A DNA stretch of 63,958 bases, filler included, from Octopus bimaculoides (GCF_001194135.2; 8 parts of 8 records of this genome joined end to end with filler, not necessarily neighbours in it), one strand, 5' to 3'; positions 1 through 15,387 are shown, counted from the whole stretch's first letter. The notes: generated from the sequence alone by a model not told the origin. Translations and numbers: made by a program.

Positions 1-41
<41 letters not shown>

Positions 42-818
42 GTATGTATTTATATATATTTTTGCGTTGATATTATGTGGTACGTGGCATGATCTGAGAT
101 CAAGAACTGTGAAACTGAAACAATTGTGTCCCTGCAAAATTGGAACAAATGCGTTGGCTTCACATTCATGTATTGCTATATTGCGAGTAAAGAGAGAAAT
201 AGTCGCAAAGAGAGAGAGATAGATGGGGGAGAGAGAGGGAAAGAGGGAGAGGGAGAGAGGGAAAGAGGGAGAAGGAGAGGGAGAGAGAGAAATAGATAGT
301 TGGACAGCTTAATTCACTGACAAAAATTATATAAATACATATTCTTTTATTTGTTCCAGTCATTTAACTGCAGTCATTCTGAAGCTTATATAATTAGACA
401 AGATACTTTAGATATGNNNNNNNNNNNNNNNNNNNNNNNNNNNNNNNNNNNNNNNNNNNNNNNNNNNNNNNNNNNNNNNNNNNNNNNNNNNNNNNNNNNN
501 NNNNNNNNNNNNNNNNNNNNNNNNNNNNNNNNNNNNNNNNNNNNNNNNNNNNNNNNNNNNNNNNNNNNNNNNNNNNNNNNNNNNNNNNNNNNNNNNNNNN
601 NNNNNNNNNNNNNNNNNNNNNNNNNNNNTATATATACATAAATTTCAAATTTTTGGAAAGGGATAAGTCGTTTACAGCCCAGTACTTATTTTATCGCTCC
701 CAAAGGATGAAGGACAGAGTTGACCTAGGAAGAATTTAAACTTAGAATTTAAAGACCGACGAAATACTGCCAGGCATTTTGCCCACAGTACTAACATTTC
801 TGCCAGTCCGCCTATATC

Positions 819-892
<74 letters not shown>

Positions 893-1802
893 GAGATAGA
901 TAGAAGGATTGATAGATAAACTATAGAGTTAGATACACAGACAGACACAGACAAACAGGCAGGCAGGCAGACAGGCAGACAAACACACAGATAAGCAGAC
1001 AGACTGCCAGACAGACAGACTGTCAGACAGACAGACAGCCACGCAGTTACACAGACAGCTATATATATATGTATAGACAAATACATGGACGGACGGACAG
1101 ACAGACAGACAGATAAGAGTTACAGATATTAATGTATTGATATGAATGAAGCCATGTGGGCTAAACAATAACGTGATTCTGACTTTTGGTATTTGCCACT
1201 ATTCCTAATGAACCTAGCATCACAAATGGATATATTATAATTTATTAATCTTCTGACGCGCCAAGAAGAGGAGGCATTGCAACATAATCAGTACGATACT
1301 CCATTATGCTGCTTAACGATTTGATTAAATTGACATCACGCATATCGCGCCATTTTAAATATTTTAAACATAGACATTTGTTTCCCAAACATACTAATAT
1401 GCACATACACATACACACATACACACACAAACCTTGGCCCATACCTTCACGTACACACGTATGCCTACATGTTTGCATACATGAATGGTGTGTGTACGTA
1501 CATATAAATAGTAACGGGCACAAATACTTAAGTAAATGTATTTACATAAACATCTACCTCTCCCCTCTCTCACTTTCCTCCTAATTCTCCTCCTCTCTCT
1601 CTATCAACATATATCTCTCTATATATATAAACATGTGCGTGTGTGTGTGTGTGCGTGTGTGTGTGTGTGTGTGTGTGCGTGCATCCATATATGTGTGTCT
1701 ATACATGTATAATATATATATATTTCTATACGTATGATATATACTCGCTGTATATTTATATCTAGTCAAATAAATATATATATATATCATTACACATACA
1801 CG

Positions 1803-1840
<38 letters not shown>

Positions 1841-2417
1841 NNNNNNNNNNNNNNNNNNNNNNNNNNNNNNNNNNNNNNNNNNNNNNNNNNNNNNNNNNNN
1901 NNNNNNNNNNNNNNNNNNNNNNNNNNNNNNNNNNNNNNNNNNNNNNNNNNNNNNNNNNNNNNNNNNNNNNNNNNNNNNNNNNNNNNNNNNNNNNNNNNNN
2001 NNNNNNNNNNNNNNNNNNNNNNNNNNNNNNNNNNNNNNNNNNNNNNNNNNNNNNNNNNNNNNNNNNNNNNNNNNNNNNNNNNNNNNNNNNNNNNNNNNNN
2101 NNNNNNNNNNNNNNNNNNNNNNNNNNNNNNNNNNNNNNNNNNNNNNNNNNNNNNNNNNNNNNNNNNNNNNNNNNNNNNNNNNNNNNNNNNNNNNNNNNNN
2201 NNNNNNNNNNNNNNNNNNNNNNNNNNNNNNNNNNNNNNNNNNNNNNNNNATATATATGCATATATATATACATGCAAACATACATATGTATACATGAAAA
2301 CACATATGTATGTATGTATATATCAATACAAATATATAGATACAAATGCTTAAACATACACACACAAATATATACATATATATATATATGTGTGTGTGTA
2401 TTATATATGATTGTATA

Positions 2418-2462
<45 letters not shown>

Positions 2463-2964
2463 TGAAGAAAAGAAAAAAGTAAAATGAAGACACAGGCAGT
2501 TAAATATAAGTAATTAGATAGATATAGTTATAAAAATACAGATAAATAGATATATCATATTAATTCGTAGAATCAGACATACAAACTTAAATATAACCAA
2601 CATGGGACGGCAAATATTTATGAGAATTAAAAGTGAAATATTTCAAGAATGATAACAGAGAAGACGAGATGTCGAAACTCACAAGTTACTTGTCAAATAT
2701 GTCTTTGTTGGTTTTTGTCATTTTCATTATAGGGTCATTCAGACTCTATAAATAATATATATTATATATATAAGAGGGCAGAGAGCGATGTGAATTTACT
2801 TCAGAAACACAGAGATCTATACACAAAAAACAAAAGCCAAACAAATAAATGAATGTATGTATGTATGTATGTATGTACATGTGTGTGTGTGTGTGTTTGT
2901 GTGTCTGTGTGTGTGTCTGTGTGTGTGTCTGTGTGTCTGTGTTCATGTTAAATATATGTGCTAG

Positions 2965-3009
<45 letters not shown>

Positions 3010-3527
3010 NNNNNNNNNNNNNNNNNNNNNNNNNNNNNNNNNNNNNNNNNNNNNNNNNNNNNNNNNNNNNNNNNNNNNNNNNNNNNNNNNNNNNNNNNNN
3101 NNNNNNNNNNNNNNNNNNNNNNNNNNNNNNNNNNNNNNNNNNNNNNNNNNNNNNNNNNNNNNNNNNNNNNNNNNNNNNNNNNNNNNNNNNNNNNNNNNNN
3201 NNNNNNNNNNNNNNNNNNNNNNNNNNNNNNNNNNNNNNNNNNNNNNNNNNNNNNNNNNNNNNNNNNNNNNNNNNNNNNNNNNNNNNNNNNNNNNNNNNNN
3301 NNNNNNNNNNNNNNNNNNNNNNNNNNNNNNNNNNNNNNNNNNNNNNNNNNNNNTATATATATATTTGCGCACATTCGTACATATGTAGATAAGTAGAGAG
3401 ATGTACTAATGTAGGCATTTCATATATATGTAAATACACGTGTGCGAGTGTGTGTTGTTTTACATATAGATGCATTTATGCAGACACAAACATAAATAAT
3501 ATATAAACATATAATACATACTAAATA

Positions 3528-3584
<57 letters not shown>

Positions 3585-3794
3585 GATATATAATATATAT
3601 ATATATATACATCTATATATAATATATATATATATATACATATATATATACATACATATGTGTGTGCGTGTGTGTATGTATGTATGTATGTATATTTGCG
3701 TGCATACGTAAAGTTATAAATACAATTATACATTCCTATGCTACCAGACATACATACATAAGGACTGGCATCTTATATACATATTAATACACAC

Positions 3795-3905
<111 letters not shown>

Positions 3906-4088
3906 TTCATATATGCACATATTTATTTGTATATATATAAAATGATATATATATAGATTGATGTAATGTTTTATGTGTATATAATTCCTATGCGTATTCA
4001 TGTACATAAAGGTGCTTATGTACTAGTGTGTGTATATGTGAGTTTTGTTTATGTATGAGGTTGTATTGCACAGTCATATATATATACC

Positions 4089-4129
<41 letters not shown>

Positions 4130-4349
4130 TTACACACACACGCACATTATATATTCTTTTATCTTTTACTTGTTTCAGACATTTGACGGCAGCCATGCTG
4201 TGGCACTGCTTTGAAGAATTTTAGTCGAAATACTCTTTTGAGCCAGGTACTCATTCTATCGGTCTTTTGCAAAACCCTAAGTTACTTGGACGTAAACTCA
4301 CCATCACCGGTTGTCAAGTGGTGGTGGGTGGATAAACACACCTACCTCT

Positions 4350-4388
<39 letters not shown>

Positions 4389-4794
4389 NNNNNNNNNNNN
4401 NNNNNNNNNNNNNNNNNNNNNNNNNNNNNNNNNNNNNNNNNNNNNNNNNNNNNNNNNNNNNNNNNNNNNNNNNNNNNNNNNNNNNNNNNNNNNNNNNNNN
4501 NNNNNNNNNNNNNNNNNNNNNNNNNNNNNNNNNNNNNNNNNNNNNNNNNNNNNNNNNNNNNNNNNNNNNNNNNNNNNNNNNNNNNNNNNNNNNNNNNNNN
4601 NNNNNNNNNNNNNNNNNNNNNNNNNNNNNNNNNNNNNNNNNNNNNNNNNNNNNNNNNNNNNNNNNNNNNNNNNNNNNNNNNNNNNNNNNNNNNNNNNNNN
4701 NNNNNNNNNNNNNNNNNNNNNNNNNNNNNNNNNNNNNNNNCCTTTGATTTGGGGGGGGGGATGTTTTGCTTTTTTGGATTTGTGTGCTAGTGGT

Positions 4795-5038
4795 AATCAC
4801 GAACCCTATATTGGGTTTTGAAGCCAGAAAGTGACTTGTATTCGTTATTGCAGATGCAGCATTCGGAGCACCCTGAGAGACCAGATGGAATGGGAAAATT
4901 GCTACAGATTACATAACGGAGTCGTTACTAGAAATTGGTTGTATTCAACCTGAGGCCTTTCAGCATGTTTGCGTAGAGGACTTGTGAGGCCGGCTCTGGA
5001 GAGGCAAACTTGGCCACATCCATCACACTTAAGATGTG
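4795..5038 (-). mobile_element. Decayed LINE (RTE-like) ORF2 C-terminus with two C2H2-type zinc fingers
   Basis: Minus strand reads LKCDGCGQVCLSRAGLTSPLRKH and then ECCICNNEYKSLSGFKTQYRV, with stops/frameshift between them and mutated His ligands. Confidence 0.5.
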
Positions 5039-5140
5039 TGTGTATGTGTGTGTGTGTGTTTGTGTACATACAAATGTCCATCAATCTCTACTGTCTATAT
5101 ATATATATGCCAACCCAATATATATATATATATATATATA

Positions 5141-5391
5141 TTGGGTTGGCAACTAAGTTCTCGGTGTCTTTTTTTAAATTTTGGAATTTATTGCGTTTTT
5201 AAAATTTGGAATCTATTCTTTTCGAAAATTCTATTTTTGAATAATTTTCGAATCCTTTTTTTCTTTCTAGTTAATTTTAATTCATTTTTGTTTATTTTCA
5301 GATCATTAAAATGGAATGTCAAAATAAGAAAAACGAGCATTTTCGACACCTCTTTTTTTTTGCTTTTAATCAAGGTTCTAAGGTATTTTTA
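5141..5391 (+). mobile_element. Mariner 5' end (TIR plus transposase N-terminus), truncated
   Basis: TA|TTGGGTTGGCAACTAAGT resembles mellifera-subfamily mariner TIRs. ATG at 5311 gives MECQNKKNEHFRHLFFFAFNQGSK, the typical EHFRH.L.F.F mariner start. Confidence 0.8.
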
Positions 5392-7917
5392 TTGTTTTAT
5401 TAAAGTTCAACTCATGCAGACAAAAGGCCAATGGTATTCTAGCCATGACAATCCCGAATTTATATCAGCTATAGTTTATTCCGATTTGAAATGTGATCTG
5501 GCTGCTATATCTAGCATATCAAATGATCACATACCGGCTCCCTCGTTGGTTTGTTTAGCTTTGCTTACAAGGTAGAGTAGTAATAGTACCATTGTAATCA
5601 TTCATGTGTTGATGTTCATACCTTCACCAATACTACTATAATGCAATAATATTTATAGCTGTAATTATAGCTCAGAAGCTATATCAACTCTTACAAATTG
5701 ATATTATTATGTTTTAATAAAGTCCTAGTTGCCAATTAATATTACTTATACACAATATTAATCATTCATTATTAATTACTCATTCACATCCTTAGTCTAT
5801 ATTTATACATAATCTTTTTTTAGTTATTGTATGTAGTTACACACACACACATACATACGCACACTGACCAATATACGCAAAAAAAGCATTGAATTAGCAG
5901 AATTTGTGGAGCGACGGGCAAAAGGCTTGCAGCGTTTAGTTGCGTACCTTTAGTTCTAGGTTCAATTTGACTTTATCTTTCATCCTTCAAGAGATGATGA
6001 ATTAAGTAGCAGTCAAAGGACAAGCCAGCAAGGACCGATCTGTATATAGAAACATGTACCCGATCCCCATTTTATAAAATGACACCACCACCACCACTTT
6101 TGCCGTCTTGAAAATAATTATTTCAAATTTTGACACAAGGCCAGTAGGTTCGGGGGAGGGATAAGTCGTTTATATCGACCCAGTACTCAACTGGTACTTA
6201 TTTTATCAATCACAAATGGATGAAAGGCGAAGTCGCCCTTGGCGTAATTTCGACTTAGAACATAAAGACGTACGAAATGCCGCTAAGCATTTTACACGCC
6301 ATGCAAACGATTCTGCCAGCTCGCCACCTTAGCCATCTCAAAAATAATAACCAGCTGGACACACTAGAGTTGGATGGCGTTGTCCTGGATCTCATTATGT
6401 CTGAAGATAAAATGGGATTTGTTATAAGTCAAGTACCTATAATCTTAGGTTTGCTTGATCAGATAAGCAACCACCATCACCACTACAGCAAAGCGACAAA
6501 TTAGCAACGTAATGTCAACGTTACAAATCAATACTCAGATGGAAAAGTATAGAAGACATAACCCAGTGTTGCAGTCTACCAAGGCTGGTAGTTTAGAGAC
6601 ACTGGAAGGGTTAGATAGAGCGCCTTGTTGCAATAAAGATGACGGTACAAATCTATTCTCATGTTCGAAGTCCTAACTCTTCACGTTAATCTAAAGAATG
6701 ATTAAGACAACTGAACCATTTTCGCTGAGATTTCAGTCGATTTTCTCGTTAAAATTACAAAACCAAAAGCCATTGTTGTAAGCGTCTATATCAGTGCTTT
6801 TCACAATGGACAATAGAAAATTTTATATGGTTACTAGGGAGTAAGGCTGATAGATGCATCTGTACAGTTTTTAGCCTTTGTTTCGTATTTAAATGTTAGC
6901 TTTAGAAACTGTTGTGATAAAAACAGCTTCTTAGCCTCAATTACTGCAATATCAATAACAACAACATTAACAGTAATTATAGACAGCGAAATGGGAATAA
7001 AAAATAAATAGAATCTAACATATACCAACTATGCATATAAATTATAAGCAATAAACTAATGTAATTTAAAAGACATTGTCAAAACCTGTGGGTTTTTCTA
7101 TATATGCAGTAAAGACGACCACTGCACCAGTTGTACTAAGTAACGTCTTAAATTGTGCGTGTGTGCATACATATGCATATGTAAGTGCTTGGACGTTGTT
7201 GATTCTAGCTATGAGTGTCTCTGTTAAATTTATTATCTAACTACGTGTATAAAAAGACATGAAAACTCGAACGTGGGCAGAAAAACCAATGTGTGTGTGT
7301 GTGTGAGTGTACATATAGAACATACAACTATAAATCGAAGTACAAAGATAAATTACAACGGGTTACGTGGGTATATATGAAGTACAAAGAATATGTCCTC
7401 GTGTTTAGAGGAATCCATGTGCTATAGGTTAGATCAATAACTAAGGTCATGCAGTAATGCACCATTTATTCGCATATAGTAAGACGGTGCTGTGTTAAGT
7501 AGACACCCGCGTCAGACTAGTACCAAAAATTAAATTAATCCGACCTGATATTACGTGTATATAATCATATGTGGGATCGTTGAATCACAGCAAACGGCGT
7601 AGGAAAAATGTAAGTGAAGGAAAAGGGACGAAAATTTAAAAAAAAAAGTTTGAGAGATTTACTGGTCTGTCTATGTTATAAGGATATCAATTCTAAATAT
7701 AGACGACCATATTTGACGGCATATAAGGAGTGTTTCACCCTAGCAAAAAGAAAGGACCCGGAAGATCTACTTGCGTTTTATAAACAAAAGGTCAGATTTT
7801 TGCTGACATTTTAAAGTTTATAAAGTTGTTGACGAATGACAGTTGAAGTAAAAGGCCTGCCAAAATTGAGGTACGACTTTATAAACTTGTGCGCTTTATA
7901 AGCTATACATACATACA

Positions 7918-7948
<31 letters not shown>

Positions 7949-8859
7949 TTATTTAATACAGTTATAAAAGATTATCTTCATGAAGTAAGATTTTAAACAA
8001 ACATTTAGGGGTTATCCAGCTCTATAGATATTAGCATCTATAAAACTCAAGGGTAATGTCTAAATATCAGATTGTTACACAGATTGTATACACCCTTACA
8101 CATTTGCTTAGTGATTCTTTTATCACTACTCTAGTTTACGTGATAAAGGGTATGCTTAACTAATGACGTCGGAAATTTGCTGGAGAAAGGAAAATATAAG
8201 TAGTTGTCTAATATTGTTTTTTTCTTTGCTGTTTTTTTTTTCCTCGCTATACATTCTTTTAAATAGTTATCTAACGCTTCATATATTTAGACTCGTTATC
8301 TGCAATCAGAATGTGTTTCGTGTAATCTATGCATCCACATGTTATACAAAAATTATGAAATAACGATTCAAATATTGGATTTATTTTAATTCTATATTTG
8401 CTTTATATAATCACATATTATAAAATATTTGCTTATATTATTCACGTATTACAAAATATTTACATAAACTATAAACTTACAACAATACTTACAGCTATGT
8501 AAATCTTTATTTGCTGTTTATTGCAGTTTATTATAATAAATGTTCAGAATGTTTAACATATGCTAATAACATACACAACTGCTAATTTCATGTTACTGTT
8601 CATGAATATTCACATGTCGTAACACATGCTGTTAATTCTACGATTTTGTTTCTTTCATTGTATAGCTTATTGTTTTTGTTATTCTTATCAAGTCCCTGCT
8701 CAGCCCTGTCACCAAAACCTTTCCAGTTACAGCATTCCCATATTGTCTTCAGGTTTCAGTGCATTTCGCACTCTGTTATCGACTGTTTCCTTCCTTTAAG
8801 ACGGCGGATGAGATCTAAGGAAGATCCGTAGTTGTTTCTAATGAATGAAAGTGACTATA

Positions 8860-9215
8860 TGGAGCTTATGGCGTAGAGAGCCATGGATGTTGGGAATCTC
8901 GCTAAGAGATCACACCCGGAACGAGGAGATCAGGGATAGAACTGGACGTCGTCGCAGAATGCCACCACGCAAAGCTATGATGGGCCGGTCATGTCGCAAG
9001 GTTCACAGACAATCGGTGGACCCATGCAGTCGTCGAGTGGTACTCGCGCGAGAGACCACTCGGAAGACCTCCAATCAGGTGGGAAGATGATTTAAGAAAA
9101 ATGTTTGGAACAACGTGGAGCATGGGAGAAATTGAGCGAATGCTGTGACCAGTGGAGCCGACTCGGCACCAGACAGCCTGGCCGATCCAGGTGATCCAGG
9201 TAATGTGGAGCTGAT
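8860..9215 (+). mobile_element. RTE-clade LINE 3' end, frameshifted
   Basis: MLGISLRDHTRNEEIRDRTG, then after a frameshift WAGHVARFTDNRWTHAVVEW...GRPPIRWEDDLRK, which are hallmark RTE ORF C-terminal motifs. Confidence 0.88.
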
Positions 9216-10585
9216 GTGAGCAGCTTTTTCGAAAAGTGGGCCGCACTAGATATGACTCATCATCAGGTGGACTACTTTACTNNNNNNNNNNNNNNNNNNN
9301 NNNNNNNNNNNNNNNNNNNNNNNNNNNNNNNNNNNNNNNNNNNNNNNNNNNNNNNNNNNNNNNNNNNNNNNNNNNNNNNNNNNNNNNNNNNNNNNNNNNN
9401 NNNNNNNNNNNNNNNNNNNNNNNNNNNNNNNNNNNNNNNNNNNNNNNNNNNNNNNNNNNNNNNNNNNNNNNNNNNNNNNNNNNNNNNNNNNNNNNNNNNN
9501 NNNNNNNNNNNNNNNNNNNNNNNNNNNNNNNNNNNNNNNNNNNNNNNNNNNNNNNNNNNNNNNNNNNNNNNNNNNNNNNNNNNNNNNNNNNNNNNNNNNN
9601 NNNNNNNNNNNNNNNNNNNNNNNNNNNNNNNNNNNNNNNNNNNNNNNNNNNNNNNNNNNNNNNNNNNNNNNNNNNNNNNNNNNNNNNNNNNNNNNNNNNN
9701 NNNNNNNNNNNNNNNNNNNNNNNNNNNNNNNNNNNNNNNNNNNNNNNNNNNNNNNNNNNNNNNNNNNNNNNNNNNNNNNNNNNNNNNNNNNNNNNNNNNN
9801 NNNNNNNNNNNNNNNNNNNNNNNNNNNNNNNNNNNNNNNNNNNNNNNNNNNNNNNNNNNNNNNTATATATATATATATGTAAAGGTGATTCAACTGCTTT
9901 TTCTACATAAAGGTGTATTTTCGCAAGTTCAACTTATCAATGAAAAATGAAGAAGACATAAGCTGGATTTGAACTCAGACTGCAAAGGGGCTTGACCAAA
10001 TAGCAACATTTATTTTGTTCGATACGTAACTAATTCTCATATGCAATTAACTTGGCCCGTTCACTACTGTTTATAAATATTTTCTCATCAGCCAATAAAA
10101 ACATGCATAATTATCATGATTTCTGCCCCCTCCTACTCTGACAAACTTAATGAAGCAAAATTGTGAATAAATTTATGCTGAAATGTAAGTTATTTTAAGT
10201 GTCTAACACGTCCCATTTGGATAGTTGTGTTTGTTAGGCTACTTTTCTAAATATGTATTATACAAATATGTGCAACATATACAAATACTGAGCTAGGTTT
10301 CAACAATTATATATGTTTAGATCAAACTTCTAAACTAAATATGGACTATTTACTTACGCATACATACGTACAGCTATACACGTATATGTATATACACGCA
10401 CAAACAAACAAATATACACACATATACAGAGAAAACGCACATAAGAACAATACATACACACACACTCGTATATTCTCACATACAGACAAAATGCACACAA
10501 CACAAACACACACACACATACACATATTCACATGAAAATATATGCATACATGTATGCATGTATATGTGTGTCTGTGCGGTTGTGT

Positions 10586-10626
<41 letters not shown>

Positions 10627-10637
10627 GNNNNNNNNNN

Positions 10638-10677
<40 letters not shown>

Positions 10678-12113
10678 GGGGTGATTATTTACGTATGTAT
10701 GCAAACTCTAAATACAAACTATAGAGATTCAATTCTTTGGTTTCAGATCACAATTCTATAAGCTAGAGCAGATGAGTGGTTGTATTGTCCATTGAACTGA
10801 AGTAGTATATTACTGGTATGCATTTTATCGACCATCAGAATGACGAAAGACAAATGTCGAGTCTTCGGATCATTTAATTCGACACCCTACCATTTCTGAC
10901 ACTTTATTTCCCTGCAAAATATTAGCTATATAAATATACATCTATACATTGTATACAATAGTACAAATACTGTTTATTTACACTTTTACAGGCGAGTATG
11001 CTACCGATTGTATAATCATGTATTATTTACATAGTACATACAAACACACACACACACACATATATATATAGGCATTATGTAAATATATTTGTATATGTAT
11101 ATATATATATATNNNNNNNNNNNNNNNNNNNNNNNNNNNNNNNNNNNNNNNNNNNNTTAATTAATTAANNNNNNNNNNNNNNNNNNNNNNNNNNNNNNNN
11201 NNNNNNNNNNNNTGGGACGAGCCGTTTTAACGTTGCGTCCTGCCCGAAGCTCGTCGAAACGCCGGTGTTAAAACGTGGGTAGCTGATGAAGTAGAATGTT
11301 CTCTATGTGGCTCGTGTGTTCTCGTCTACGTTTGTTTGCAATGTCCTGTACCCAGATATGCACCTATACATACAGGTGGATGTCGGTATGCACATACCTG
11401 TACGTATATATGCATATACTCATTTACTTTTGTTTATATATATATATATATATATATTCAGCAGTATCAGCACCTAGCAGTATTGCGCATAAGTGAATTT
11501 TAGGCGAGTTTAAATGTTTGTGACATATTTCAACTTTTAAAGGTAAATTCATTGCAGTTACCTTGGAGAAAATACTCTCTTATGTTAAAAGGTGTAACAC
11601 TTTTATCCGGACTCTCTGCGCTTTCGTCTATTTCCTTCACTCTGAAAATTTTCCTCTTTTCATTCTTATTTTTCCATCATAAATTTCCGCTCAGCGTCAA
11701 TCTAATAAATTCACTGCCTTTTTTTTTTTTTTTGATTTGCCTACACATATGTGTATATGTGTGTCTTTTCCTTTCTACCTCTATACCTTTACCTTCCTCT
11801 ATATCAGTGCCTCTCTCACTCTCACTCTCACTCTCACTCACACCAACATCAACGTGTACTCAACTGGTTTATTGAGGTTCACTGTGTATGTGAAGATGTG
11901 AGCATACATCATTCATGCACAGACATCCCACTTCTGACAGAAAGCTTTTTAGGCGCAGGAGTGGCTGTGTGCTAAGTAGCTTGCTAACCAACCACATGGT
12001 TCCGGGTTCAGTCCCACTGCGTGGCACCTTAGGCAAATGTCTTCTACTATAGCTTTGGGTCGACCAAAGCCTTGTAAGTGGATTTGGTAGACGGAAACTG
12101 AAAGAAGCCCGTC

Positions 12114-12161
<48 letters not shown>

Positions 12162-13147
12162 GTTTATATGTTTGTGCCTNNNNNNNNNNNNNNNNNNNNN
12201 NNNNNNNNNNNNNNNNNNNNNNNNNNNNNNNNNNNNNNNNNNNNNNNNNNNNNNNNNNNNNNNNNNNNNNNNNNNNNNNNNNNNNNNNNNNNNNNNNNNN
12301 NNNNNNNNNNNNNNNNNNNNNNNNNNNNNNNNNNNNNNNNNNNNNNNNNNNNNNNNNNNNNNNNNNNNNNNNNNNNNNNNNNNNNNNNNNNNNNNNNNNN
12401 NNNNNNNNNNNNNNNNNNNNNNNNNNNNNNNNNNNNNNNNNNNNNNNNNNNNNNNNNNNNNNNNNNNNNNNNNNNNNNNNNNNNNNNNNNNNNNNNNNNN
12501 NNNNNNNNNNNNNNNNNNNNNNNNNNNNNNNNNNNNNNNNNNNNNNNNNNNNNNNNNNNNNNNNNNNNNNNNNNNNNNNNNNNNNNNNNNNNNNNNNNNN
12601 NNNNNNNNNNNNNNNNNNNNNNNNNNNNNNNNNNNNNNNNNNNNNNNNNNNNNNNNNNNNNNNNNNNNNNNNNNNNNNNNNNNNNNNNNNNNNNNNNNNN
12701 NNNNNNNNNNNNNNNNNNNNNNNNNNNNNNNNNNNNNNNNNNNNNNNNNNNNNNNNNNNNNNNNNNNNNNNNNNNNNNNNNNNNNNNNNNNNNNNNNNNN
12801 NNNNNNNNNNNNNNNNNNNNNNNNNNNNNNNNNNNNNNNNNNNNNNNNNNNNNNNNNNNNNNNNNNNNNNNNNNNNNNNNNNNNNNNNNNNNNNNNNNNN
12901 NNNNNNNNNNNNNNNNNNNNNNNNNNNNNNNNNNNNNNNNNNNNNNNNNNNNNNNNNNNNNNNNNNNNNNNNNNNNNNNNNNNNNNNNNNNNNNNNNNNN
13001 NNNNNNNNNNNNNNNNNNNNNNNNNNNNNNNNNNNNNNNNNNNNNNNNNNNNNNNNNNNNNNNNNNNNNNNNNNNNNNNNNNNNNNNNNNNNNNNNNNNN
13101 NNNNNNNNNNNNNNNNNNNNNNNNNNNNNNNNNNNNNNNNNNNNNNN

Positions 13148-13186
<39 letters not shown>

Positions 13187-14059
13187 CATGCGTATACAGA
13201 TATAAAGATATGATAAGAAATGCAGATATAATGCGGTAGATTAAGAGATAATACAGGCAGAGACACAGACTAAAAGAGTATATATAAATGTGTGTGTGTG
13301 TATGTGTGTGCTTTGCGTAACTCAAAAATCTATATGCAAAAATCTCTGTGAATGTATATATTCGTATGCGTGTGCGTTCGTATGTGAGGGGTGAGTGTAT
13401 GTGAGAGAGAGAGAGTGTGAGAGAGAGTGTGTGTGAGAGAGAAAGTGTGTGTGTGTGTGTGTATGTGCGTGTTGCGCGTGTGCATGTGTGTCTATCTGTG
13501 CGTATGTAAATGTTCCCATTCCTTGCCCAAATGTGCCATGTATGTCTTCCTGTGCGCTTATGTGTCTATACTCGTGTGTATGAGCGTATTGCAGTGACTA
13601 TGCGTGTGTGTATGTATGTGTGTGTGTATGTATGTGTGTGTGTGTGCGCGTGCATGTACGTGCGTGTGCCTGTCCGCCTGTCTGTGTCTGTGTGTCTGTT
13701 TGTCCATGCACGTGTATGTATGTGCGTGTGTTTGCGTGTCTATCAAACTATGGAATCATTGTATTTCTAAACGATATTACAATTGGGTTCACATGAGCAA
13801 GTCCGTATGAAGACAGTTCCACCTGACTGACTCTCCCCTCCCCTTCTGCTCTAACCCTTTAGGCTGTTTATATTTAAGGCTCAATTGCCGTTTGTTTGGG
13901 TATTGAAGTGGACGACCACCTTCGCTCTAGCGTTAAATAGGAACAGGATTAAGTTGTTTAATTTCGTTCAGTGTTGTAGTCACGTGGTCCAGGACTACAG
14001 TTCACAACATACATGCGCGCGCAGACCAAAACATATGCATACATTTATGCGAATATAAA

Positions 14060-14100
<41 letters not shown>

Positions 14101-14135
14101 ACGGACTTCAGTCTATACACACGCGCACACGCGCA

Positions 14136-14183
<48 letters not shown>

Positions 14184-14481
14184 NNNNNNNNNNNNNNNNN
14201 NNNNNNNNNNNNNNNNNNNNNNNNNNNNNNNNNNNNNNNNNNNNNNNNNNNNNNNNNNNNNNNNNNNNNNNNNNNNNNNNNNNNNNNNNNNNNNNNNNNN
14301 NNNNNNNNNNNNNNNNNNNNNNNNNNNNNNNNNNNNNNNNNNNNNNNNNNNNNNNNNNNNNNNNNNNNNNNNNNNNNNNNNNNNNNNNNNNNNNNNNNNN
14401 NNNNNNNNNNNNNNNNNNNNNNNNNNNNNNNNNNNNNNNNNNNNNNNNNNNNNNNNNNNNNNNNNNNNNNNNNNNNNNNNN

Positions 14482-14543
<62 letters not shown>

Positions 14544-15090
14544 CTCGTGTATATTGTTGTCTAGAGAAGGTGCGTAAAAGTGTAGATAAGAAAATTACTT
14601 AATGACAAGCGAATGGCGTGAAGCAGCGGGAAAATACGACGGTAAGTAGCGGAGATTACCGAAAAGTGAGAATGTACAGAAACAGGCCTGTTATAGTTTG
14701 TTTATTTCATTAATTAATAAGAGAGGGATAAGAGGAGGAGAGGAGTTGGGCGAGGCGGGATGTCGAAGACGATGTTATTTGCTTCTTGCTTCCTGTTAGT
14801 TTCGCTTTTACATGGTTGAAGACGATGTTTTTATCTTGTGACTACGATTACAAGCTTTGTCGGTGTCCATTCTACCAAAACCAGTAGTTTGTTCCGGATG
14901 GACGGTGTACACACTCGAAACTTTGACATTTACAATAGCTCCCACTGTTGCTGCCATCAGCACGTCTCGGTCATGCATGCATGCATACATGCACTCATAC
15001 ATCTCTATATATAAACAAACATATGTGCACACAAGCATATATGCATACAAACATTCGTACGTACGCACATACATATATAGATAATATGCT

Positions 15091-15124
<34 letters not shown>

Positions 15125-15351
15125 TTGAGTAAAATATATGTAGAATATTGAGTTAAAAACAACCATTGGACAAAAAAAAGTCGAAGGTTACCCGTGAGAC
15201 ATGAACTCATATCTACTAAAAACATGACGGGCGTGTTAACCATTGTCCCAAAGCAATGGTACGAATATTTTCCATCCATTTTAGAAGCGAGAGTTGCGCG
15301 TTGTTTACGTCATAACAATTTAACAACTTCGAAAGATAGGAAGCAAACTGT

Positions 15352-15387
<36 letters not shown>

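Noticed and set aside
4795-5038. Host C2H2 zinc-finger gene
   Set aside because: His ligands are mutated, the frame is broken and there are no TGEKP linkers or splice signals; a LINE C-terminus is the better explanation.
7590-7615. KRRRKN followed by gtaagt as a possible micro-exon or NLS
   Set aside because: No polypyrimidine acceptor and an in-frame stop shortly upstream.
14850-14969. Possible phase-2 exon upstream of the His-rich terminal exon
   Set aside because: Weak donor (cg|gtcatg), unclear acceptor and no recognisable protein motif.
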